From NCBI GenBank assembly GCA_030651035.1, contig JAUSCK010000277.1, positions 7,711-71,710 of the forward strand: 64,000 nucleotides of DNA, in the 5' to 3' direction. The DNA is from Elusimicrobiota bacterium (GTDB lineage Bacteria; Elusimicrobiota; Elusimicrobia; Elusimicrobiales; UBA9959). Position numbers and translations under genes: made by a program. Shown piece by piece: positions 35,443 to 42,001 of the stretch (the first letter of the stretch is position 1; each line of letters opens with the position of its first letter). The notes under the pieces were generated by a model. It saw only the letters and a program-made list of their open reading frames with translations, was not told the DNA's origin and did no database searches.

Positions 35443-36536
35443 GGGGTAATCTCGCGACTCTTGGATACATAAATCTGGCTCATTATTTTCGCCATTTCAC
35501 AGGCCGGTTTATTGGGAGCGAACAGGTTTCCTTCCTCAATAAGGCTCAAGCCGGGACAGCGGCTGCAGAAGTCTATATCCGCGCAGGAGGCGCAGCCTTT
35601 AAGGTCCCGCATTCCTGCGCTGCGCCATTTTTTAAGCCAGGCCGAGTTTTTCCAGATGTCGGAGAAGCTTTGCCTGGTCAGATCCCCCAGTTTTACCGGA
35701 ACCTGCAGGCAGGAATAAAGCCCGCCCTCCGGGCCGACAGCGCAGACATTGCGGCCGGCGCCGCATAGAAAATCCAGGGTCGGGGAGTCGGGAGTCGAGA
35801 GTCGGGGGTCGAGCGCAGCGAGACTGTGCTTGTCGGGAATCGGGGAGCGGGGATTAAGAGGCGCGGAGAGAAGTTTTACTGCTTTTGACAGCTGCGGGCC
35901 GGAGAGGCGCAGGGGGAGGGCGGAGGCGTTGCCGTCGTTGGTTGAGGTTATAGTCGGGTCGAAAGAGATATCAAAGCCTTCTGTTTCAGCGAGTTTCCTG
36001 AGCCAGCCGGCCTGGCCCAGGTTTTTTTTCATCAGCGGGGTTTTAAATTTCACTTTTATGCCGGCCGCCTTAAGCAGGCGGGCCGCCGCAAGGGTGTGTT
36101 TAGAAGAATTTTTCACGCCGGTAACGGAATCATGCAGGGCGGGTTTACCATAAAAACTGAGCTCAAAGGCGGAAACCCCGGCTTTCTTAAATTCAGCGGC
36201 AAGTCCGGGTGTCAGCCCCAGGCCAGTGGAAAAAACACGGACGTCGAAGTTGAGCTTTTTTGCGTGGCGGCAGAGCTCGGCCAGGTCGGGACGCAGCAGG
36301 GGTTCCCCCCCGGTATAAACCAGGTAAAGCGCGCCGGCTCCCGCCAGCTGCGCGAGGATATTCTTCCATTGGGCGGTTGTCAGTTCAAGGCCGGCGGGGG
36401 CGCGGCCGCGGGTCTCCGGCAGGTAACAATGCAGGCAGGCGAGGGGGCAGCGGCGCGTGAGCTCAATAGTGACCGCCGCCGGGATATTCCGCTCAAGCGT
36501 AAGCGTGTTCAGTTTAGCCGCAATTGCGAATTTCAT
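35439..36536 (-). CDS. Radical SAM / SPASM-domain peptide maturase
   Basis: 365 aa with the CPLACLHC (CxxxCxxC) cluster, GGEPLL, and a C-terminal Cys-rich SPASM region (FLCGAGRNVCAV...CLQ...GCASCADIDFCSRCPG). Confidence 0.85.
   Translation of the reverse strand: MKFAIAAKLNTLTLERNIPAAVTIELTRRCPLACLHCYLPETRGRAPAGLELTTAQWKNILAQLAGAGALYLVYTGGEPLLRPDLAELCRHAKKLNFDVRVFSTGLGLTPGLAAEFKKAGVSAFELSFYGKPALHDSVTGVKNSSKHTLAAARLLKAAGIKVKFKTPLMKKNLGQAGWLRKLAETEGFDISFDPTITSTNDGNASALPLRLSGPQLSKAVKLLSAPLNPRSPIPDKHSLAALDPRLSTPDSPTLDFLCGAGRNVCAVGPEGGLYSCLQVPVKLGDLTRQSFSDIWKNSAWLKKWRSAGMRDLKGCASCADIDFCSRCPGLSLIEEGNLFAPNKPACEMAKIMSQIYVSKSREITP
35777..35870 (+). repeat. GRRRGTC word array embedded in frame in the rSAM gene
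   Basis: The plus strand reads GGGTC GGGGAGTC GGGAGTC GAGAGTC GGGGGTC ... GTC GGGAATC GGGGAGC GGGGATT AAGAGG. This is homologous to the minus-strand reading of 3368-3430 (GTC GGGAATC GAGAATC GGGAGTG GGGAGTC AAGAGG). It encodes LNPRSPIPDKHSLAALDPRLSTPDSPTLD between the rSAM core and SPASM. Confidence 0.75.
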
Positions 36537-36563
36537 ATCCGGATTTCCCGAATGGGGTGCGAA

Positions 36564-36905
36564 TTACACGAACAACAGAGCAAGCGAGCGGCGGATCTTT
36601 GAGTAGATATAGCCGCAAAGGCCGCCGGCAAGGGGGTTTCGGCTCAGGACTTTGCCGCGGATATTTTCCCATGGCACCAGGTGGGGTTCCAGGCGGCCGG
36701 CGTCATCCGCCAGCCAGGCGCCTTCCGGCCCGGTTTTTACCACCCGGTGAAGCAATATGCGGCCCTCAAGATCGTATACAGCGCAATCGCCTGGGGAAAG
36801 GATAAGGGATGAGGGATGAGGGATGAGGGGATGCACGAGGGCAATCTCGCCGGGTTTAAATACCGGGAGCATGCTTGACCCCTCAAGACGGAAAGCGGCG
36901 GGCAT
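36564..36905 (-). CDS. S26B-type (SipW/Sec11-like) signal-peptidase-fold protein, candidate leader peptidase
   Basis: 113 aa. EGSSMLPVFKPGE (GxSMxP Ser box) and ILLHRVVK (His in place of Lys, as in archaeal/ER-type S26B). The ATG lies 2 nt after the precursor stop. Confidence 0.6.
   Translation of the reverse strand: MPAAFRLEGSSMLPVFKPGEIALVHPLIPHPSSLILSPGDCAVYDLEGRILLHRVVKTGPEGAWLADDAGRLEPHLVPWENIRGKVLSRNPLAGGLCGYIYSKIRRSLALLFV
36797..36831 (+). repeat. Five tandem heptamers RARGGAT inside the peptidase gene
   Basis: aaaggat aagggat gagggat gagggat gagggga, encoding the loop PLIPHPSSLILSP in frame. Confidence 0.85.
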
Positions 36906-36907
36906 AT

Positions 36908-37045
36908 TCAGGAAAATTTTTTAAGCGTCTTACAGGCCAGCTGGCTGATGGGCCCGGTCTGGCACTTGCCGCAGGCCAGCGCGGCGGTCTCAAAGACCTT
37001 TTCGGTCTTTATTTTAGGTTTTTCGTATGTCTTCTTTTTTTTCAT
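36908..37045 (-). CDS. 45-aa candidate RiPP precursor peptide (not in the ORF track)
   Basis: My translation is MKKKKTYEKPKIKTEKVFETAALACGKCQTGPISQLACKTLKKFS. GGGGGAG sits 7 nt upstream of the ATG. The ORF begins 14 nt after the PqqD stop, and its stop is 2 nt before the peptidase ATG. It has a PqqA-like KP leader, an A-L-A site and three Cys. Confidence 0.7.
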   Translation of the reverse strand: MKKKKTYEKPKIKTEKVFETAALACGKCQTGPISQLACKTLKKFS

Positions 37046-37059
37046 AGATCACTCCCCCG

Positions 37060-37323
37060 TCAGGTCTTTTTAGCAAGCAGGCCGGCTTTCAAAAGCTCGG
37101 CAATAAAGCTGTTCATATCCGCGCGGGCGGTTTCTTCGTCCACTTCGAATTCGGCCGTAATTGCCGAGACCAGGGCGCTTTCCTTTTTACCGGAGGCAAG
37201 GCCTTCCCAGATAAGGGCGGCGGGGCTGTTCAGCTCGTGCAACTCGGCCCGGGAGGCGTCCACTATGAACATTTCCCCGGCAATGCGCCGGTAAGCCAGG
37301 TCCTTTTTAATATTGGTCTTCAT
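37060..37323 (-). CDS. PqqD-family peptide chaperone (RRE)
   Basis: 87 aa. IAGEMFIVDASRAELHELNSPAALIWEGL...ITAEFEVDEETARADMNSFIAELLKAGLL fits the PqqD pattern. Confidence 0.8.
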   Translation of the reverse strand: MKTNIKKDLAYRRIAGEMFIVDASRAELHELNSPAALIWEGLASGKKESALVSAITAEFEVDEETARADMNSFIAELLKAGLLAKKT

Positions 37324-37355
37324 TAGTATTTATCCGAAAAGTCAGCGGGCTTTTT

Positions 37356-37763
37356 TCATTGAAACAGCGTTTTTACCCAATCAAGGTAACGGCCAACATC
37401 TTTTGTGATGTCCGACGCTTCCCGTTCGGTAAATTCCCTGGAATCATATTCCACTATGCTCTTTTGCCCAAGGATACGGGTAAGCCGGGCGGACTGTACG
37501 CTGACCTTCTCGTGCTTTATGTGAATACACAGCAGCTCTACCGCCTCATAGTGGCTTTCTCCGGCTGAGCGCACCTTGGCTTTAAATCCCAGCGCCGCGT
37601 CGGTAGCGGATATAGCGCAGTGGACTCCCGCCAGGCCCGCCGAATTCCACCGTCTTTGTCTGCAGGACTCCAGCATGGTCTGGTAGAATTCCTCAGCCTT
37701 CTTCAGATAGGATTTTGCCTCGGCTTCGCTCACATGCCTGGTGCGGTGTTTTTTAGGGCTCAT
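37356..37763 (-). CDS. HEPN-domain protein (toxin of an MNT/HEPN pair)
   Basis: Helical protein of about 135 aa with an R-x5-H motif (RSAGESH). It overlaps the upstream MNT gene by 11 nt. The track start at 37781 is TTG; ATG 37763 is preferred. Confidence 0.7.
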   Translation of the reverse strand: MSPKKHRTRHVSEAEAKSYLKKAEEFYQTMLESCRQRRWNSAGLAGVHCAISATDAALGFKAKVRSAGESHYEAVELLCIHIKHEKVSVQSARLTRILGQKSIVEYDSREFTEREASDITKDVGRYLDWVKTLFQ

Positions 37764-38376
37764 GGGCCAGCAGCTCCTCAAAATATTTACCGGAAATTAC
37801 GCGGCCTTCCTTGATCACATTTTGGATCAATTTATCTTTTTTATCGAACCTGGCGACAAAGTCCCGGCGACGAATAACATGCGGGGAAAGCATCATTCCG
37901 AATTTGGCCAGAAATTCCCCGCTTTTATCCTGTATGCCAGCGGTGATCTTCCGGACATCGAGGGAATCCTCAAGCACGAGCATAATATCCAGGTCGCTGC
38001 CCTGTCTGCCTTCCCCGCGCGCCACACTGCCGAAGACGATCAGGGACACGACGCCTTTATTCGGCAGCGCCTTGCGCAGCTCCTCTATCATCGCGCCAAA
38101 CAGCCCCCCCTCGCTTTCGAAAAGGGGAGACAGCATATTTTTAACCACATAACGCGTTCTGTTGAGCGAGAATAAATATGAAGCCCCCGCGGTCTTCCTG
38201 TGGACGATGCCCGCGGCATAGAGTTCCTGCAGGGCCTGCTGCGCGGCCCTGGGGCTCAAGTCCGCCTTCCTGGCAATTTCCCTGCCCGTGAATTCCGTCC
38301 CGCGGTAAAGGATGCGGAGAATAGTCACCTTTGACTTCTGCCCCAGAAAATCCTCCAGCAGATGCTTTGTGTCCAT
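37753..38376 (-). CDS. Winged-helix plus minimal nucleotidyltransferase (MNT) protein
   Basis: N-terminal wHTH (KVTILRILYRGTEFTGREIARKADLSPRAAQQALQEL) followed by the NTase motif LIVFGSVARGEGRQGSDLDIMLVL (GS...DxD). Confidence 0.8.
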   Translation of the reverse strand: MDTKHLLEDFLGQKSKVTILRILYRGTEFTGREIARKADLSPRAAQQALQELYAAGIVHRKTAGASYLFSLNRTRYVVKNMLSPLFESEGGLFGAMIEELRKALPNKGVVSLIVFGSVARGEGRQGSDLDIMLVLEDSLDVRKITAGIQDKSGEFLAKFGMMLSPHVIRRRDFVARFDKKDKLIQNVIKEGRVISGKYFEELLAHEP

Positions 38377-38377
38377 A

Positions 38378-38438
38378 TGTATACTTAAGTAGCCATTTGT
38401 ATGCTAATAGTATACACCCCCCGGCGCTCCCCTGTCAA
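38378..38438 (-). promoter_or_regulatory. Sigma70-like promoter with TGTATAC operator boxes upstream of MNT/HEPN
   Basis: The minus strand reads TTGACA (38438-38433)-N18-TATACT (38414-38409). Inverted repeat TGTATAC (38378-38384) / GTATACA (38410-38416), plus a TGTATGC half-site at 38398-38404. Confidence 0.55.
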
Positions 38439-38451
38439 CCCCGCATCCTCT

Positions 38452-38476
38452 TTGCGCATCTTGCGCTTCTTTGCGG
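38452..38476 (-). repeat. Post-stop 25-mer, second copy
   Basis: The minus strand reads CCGCAAAGAAGCGCAAGATGCGCAA, a 24/25 match to 775-799. It starts 9 nt after the HprK-like stop; the first copy starts 3 nt after the ABC ATPase stop. Confidence 0.85.
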
Positions 38477-38485
38477 CTAATCCCA

Positions 38486-39355
38486 CTAACTAATAAGGCT
38501 CAGGAAATCAGCGTTATCCTTTGAGAATTCCAACCGGGCGAACTTCGCTTTTGAGATCAACTGGACGGCATTCCCCATTATCAAAGTCGAGGTCCCCGGG
38601 TTTTTATCAAAATTCACCAGGCAGCGGAGCAGCAGTTTAAGCGCTTCACCCTTTGTACAGGCGCGCACTTTGTTGAGCTTCGCCTTGTTAAGCAGGTAGA
38701 TCCCGCCCAGGGGCCAGGAGCCCTGCCTGCCATCGGCGCGCATCTCCCCCCAGAAAGGGGAGCCGTAAACCCTGAAGCGGCCCTTTTCAAAGCGGACGAG
38801 GTTTATTTCGTCGCTTATTACCTCGGCCCCGCACTTTTTCCGAAGACGGCCAAAGTGCGGGGCAAGCCCCTGGGCCGCTAATTTCGCCAGGGTGGACTTG
38901 CCGGCGCCGGATTTGCCTAAAAAAAGGTATGCTTTGCCGTTCTTAACCAGCCCGGCCGAATGCTGCATGAAGCCGCCGGAACGGATGAGCAAAAAACTTA
39001 TAAAAGAACGTAAAAAAGCGTCAAGGCACTGTTCATTGGGGGCGGCTTTCAGTGTTCCGGCCCCGGCACGCATATCCAGAACCGCCTCAAAATCCCCGCG
39101 CTTAATTTCCAGAGAGCGTCCGTCAAACAAAACCTCCGGCTTGAACGGGTTTTGCCTGCCGGGGGCCTCAGAAACATCCAGCCTGAAGCCCGCGCCGACC
39201 GCCGACCCGAATTTACTATACCTGTGCTTTAAAATTGAAATGATACTTATCGCGTCCGATTTCAGGCTTAACCTGAAACCGGCTATTTCAAGCCCCACCC
39301 GGCCTGAGAAAGCGGCCAGGGTCTTTCCACTGTTTTTCAAAGGGAATTTTATCAT
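38486..39355 (-). CDS. HprK-related kinase-like P-loop protein
   Basis: 289 aa. HSAGLVKNGKAYLFLGKSGAGKSTLAKLA resembles the HPr kinase C-terminal P-loop. No HPr kinase N-terminal domain is present. Confidence 0.6.
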   Translation of the reverse strand: MIKFPLKNSGKTLAAFSGRVGLEIAGFRLSLKSDAISIISILKHRYSKFGSAVGAGFRLDVSEAPGRQNPFKPEVLFDGRSLEIKRGDFEAVLDMRAGAGTLKAAPNEQCLDAFLRSFISFLLIRSGGFMQHSAGLVKNGKAYLFLGKSGAGKSTLAKLAAQGLAPHFGRLRKKCGAEVISDEINLVRFEKGRFRVYGSPFWGEMRADGRQGSWPLGGIYLLNKAKLNKVRACTKGEALKLLLRCLVNFDKNPGTSTLIMGNAVQLISKAKFARLEFSKDNADFLSLIS

Positions 39356-39451
39356 GATAAACTTGCCGCGTCAATCATTTTAACACCCGAAAGGCGGATA
39401 TCTTTTTTTGCCTGCTATTTCCCTGTTTCCCCTTCCGGGCCGGCGCCGTCC

Positions 39452-42001
39452 TTAACCTCCCAACACGCGCGCCCTTGCCCGCCAAAGCCCGGCTTTTTTC
39501 TGTTCCCCGCGCGCGGCATACAGCCGGGCCATCGTCGTCGCGGCTTTAAAGCTCAAAGGGTCGCGGCTTACGGCGACCTCGCAGCAGCGCAGCGCGCGGC
39601 CGAGATCTCCCGTCTGCGCGGCATAGTACGCCAGCTGCAGCCAATCGTCCGACCCCCAATTGCGTCCGAACCTCGCTTCCAGCCAGTCCAGGAACCGCAG
39701 TGTCAGGGCCGGCCTGCCCGCCAGTACCGGCCAGACCGAACGCTGGAATAAGTCGGTATGCGTATAGAAAATGACAAGGGCCTGCTCGAGGAAGCGGGGG
39801 TCATCCGGGCCGCGCAGTTTTATATTGTAGGACCCGGGGTTTATGGCCACCTGGTCGGGCGGCGGCTCTTTCGTGTACCGCGCGGCAACCGCCTGGAATT
39901 CCAGCAGCGGGAGATCGTCGGTGTTCGGCGTCACTTTCGCCAGGTCCGGGCGCGGGAAGATATCGCCGGTCAGCAGGATATTATTCAGATGCATGAACGG
40001 GTCCGCGCCGCTGGCGCCGGTCTCTACCGCTTTTTGTACCCCCGGCGGCAGCCAGGCTCCGGCGGCGGAACGCAGCTTCACTTCGGAATCGGAACAGACG
40101 AGCACATAATAGTTCGCGCGGGCGAGCGCCAGCCCGCAATGCCGGAAATTCCGGGACAGGGTGGCTAGTATCGTGTCCACCCCCGCGTTCGACATGTCGA
40201 GGTAGGTGAACCAGAGCAGGTAGACGCCGTCCGGCGCGAGGGCGCGCTTCACCAGGGTGTAGAACTCCATCGTGTGCAGTTTGGCCGCGGCCGCGTAGTC
40301 CGGCGGGGGCAGCGTGCTGACTATCGCGTCGTACGGCGCGCGGGGCCGGGCCAGGAACCTGCGCCCGTCGTCATGGTAGATAGAGGCCCCGGGGTTGCGG
40401 GCCAGGTCGAGGTTCGCGCCGGGAATTATAGGGAGCAGGGGGCGGCAGGCGCCGTTGATCTCCACGATATCGGTATGCCCGAACAGCGAAGCCACCGTTC
40501 CGGCCGTTATGCCGGTACCCAGGCCGAGGACGAGGGCCCTGTCCCTCCTGGGGGCCGCCAGGGCGGGCAGCACGCCGTAGACGGTCTCGGAGATGTTGGC
40601 GTTATCCTTCGTCCCGAAATGTATCCCTCCCACGCCGTTGTGTATTATGGACGAATTGATACGGCCCCGGACATAGGTGACATTGTCGGACGCGGACTTG
40701 AAGTGGACCAGCGTGGCGCCGGGTTCATACGGCGTGTTGGCCGCATACACCAACCCCTGCGGCAGGCCGGTAACCCGCCAGCACAGCAGGGCGGCAGCGC
40801 ACAGGGTCGGCAGGCGCCGCCGGGCGAACCCGGGCCCTTCGTAGACGAGGGCCGCGGAGACCAGCAGGGCGGCGCCTAAGACGGGAGCCGTGAAAAGCCC
40901 GGACAGCGGGTGGACGGCGAAAGTGTAGAGCAGGAGCCCGACGGCGTTGCCCAGGCCGGACACCAGCAGCAGCCGCCCGCTGTCGCGCGCCAGGCGCGGC
41001 GAGGCGCCGGCCAGCGCCGGGATGGCTCCCCAGAACCAGATTACCGGCAGGCCGCCCAGCAGGAATGCGAAAAAGAGCTTAAGCGCTACAGCGGCCGCTT
41101 CCGTAGACACCCCGGCCAGGAGGCCGTAATAGCCCTTCACCAGCAAAGGGAAAGCGGCGTAGATCAAGCCGATGCCGAAAGCCGAGAGCAGCGCGCAGTC
41201 GGCGAACCCCGTGTTCCGGCGGCGGACCAGCCAGGTCCCGGCCGTAATGGAGAACAGGGTGGCCGCGGTGCAGACGGCGAAGTTCTCGCGGCTGGGCAGG
41301 AATATACAATAGCCGGCCTTGAGAAAAAAAGCCGAGAACAGCGCCCCGCCCAGGCTGGCCAGGAACAGGGCCGTTCCCTGCCGGAGAAAAGGGGAGGGAG
41401 CATCCGGCAGTTCAGTTTTTTTTACCTCGCGGAGGTCGGGCCGCAGCCAGAGCGCCAGGCCGCAGGCCAGGCTCAGCGCGCCCAGCAGCCGCAGCGACAC
41501 GATCACGCCGAAATAACGGACGGCGGCAAACTCCATGAGGAGCAGCCCGGCGGCGGCGCCTATATTATAGAGGGAGTACGCCGAATGCAGCGGGAAATCC
41601 CCCTCCCCCCGCCGCTCCAGGTAGGCGGCGAACAGCGGCACGGCGAACCCCGCCGCTACCGCCGGAACGGCTAGCAGCAGCGCGGAAGCCAGCACGGCCT
41701 GCGCGCCGGGATGCGGAAGCAGCTCCGCAAGGGGCGAGGCCTCGTAAGCCCGCGCCAGCGCCGGGAAAAAGAAAGCGTACGCGCCGGCGGCAAGCTCGAA
41801 AATATGAAGGCGGGAAGCGAAGCGGTGCGCTACCCACGCGCCCAGGCCCAGGCCCAGCAGGAAAACCGCCACGAGCGCGGCGTGGACATAATACATGTCG
41901 CCCAGGAAGGTGGTCAGATGGCGCAGGTAGAGGACCTCGCAGGCGACGCCGCCGGCGCCGGAGAGCACGGATAAAAGCAGGAGCAGGTTGACGGGGTTCA
42001 T
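39452..42001 (-). CDS. Fused polytopic membrane / spermidine-synthase-fold protein with C-terminal TPR
   Basis: 849 aa. N-terminal SGAGGVACEVLYLRHL plus about 12 hydrophobic segments, a class-I MTase/spermidine-synthase-like core (ALVLGLGTGITAGT...DIVEIN...YDAIVS) and a TPR-like tail. Confidence 0.7.
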   Translation of the reverse strand: MNPVNLLLLLSVLSGAGGVACEVLYLRHLTTFLGDMYYVHAALVAVFLLGLGLGAWVAHRFASRLHIFELAAGAYAFFFPALARAYEASPLAELLPHPGAQAVLASALLLAVPAVAAGFAVPLFAAYLERRGEGDFPLHSAYSLYNIGAAAGLLLMEFAAVRYFGVIVSLRLLGALSLACGLALWLRPDLREVKKTELPDAPSPFLRQGTALFLASLGGALFSAFFLKAGYCIFLPSRENFAVCTAATLFSITAGTWLVRRRNTGFADCALLSAFGIGLIYAAFPLLVKGYYGLLAGVSTEAAAVALKLFFAFLLGGLPVIWFWGAIPALAGASPRLARDSGRLLLVSGLGNAVGLLLYTFAVHPLSGLFTAPVLGAALLVSAALVYEGPGFARRRLPTLCAAALLCWRVTGLPQGLVYAANTPYEPGATLVHFKSASDNVTYVRGRINSSIIHNGVGGIHFGTKDNANISETVYGVLPALAAPRRDRALVLGLGTGITAGTVASLFGHTDIVEINGACRPLLPIIPGANLDLARNPGASIYHDDGRRFLARPRAPYDAIVSTLPPPDYAAAAKLHTMEFYTLVKRALAPDGVYLLWFTYLDMSNAGVDTILATLSRNFRHCGLALARANYYVLVCSDSEVKLRSAAGAWLPPGVQKAVETGASGADPFMHLNNILLTGDIFPRPDLAKVTPNTDDLPLLEFQAVAARYTKEPPPDQVAINPGSYNIKLRGPDDPRFLEQALVIFYTHTDLFQRSVWPVLAGRPALTLRFLDWLEARFGRNWGSDDWLQLAYYAAQTGDLGRALRCCEVAVSRDPLSFKAATTMARLYAARGEQKKAGLWRARARVLGG

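Noticed and set aside
38486-39355. A bona fide HPr kinase/phosphorylase (carbon catabolite control).
   Set aside because: Only the P-loop region resembles HprK. The protein lacks the N-terminal domain, and no HPr/PTS genes are nearby. The context (PqqD, rSAM) points to the HprK-related peptide-kinase type.
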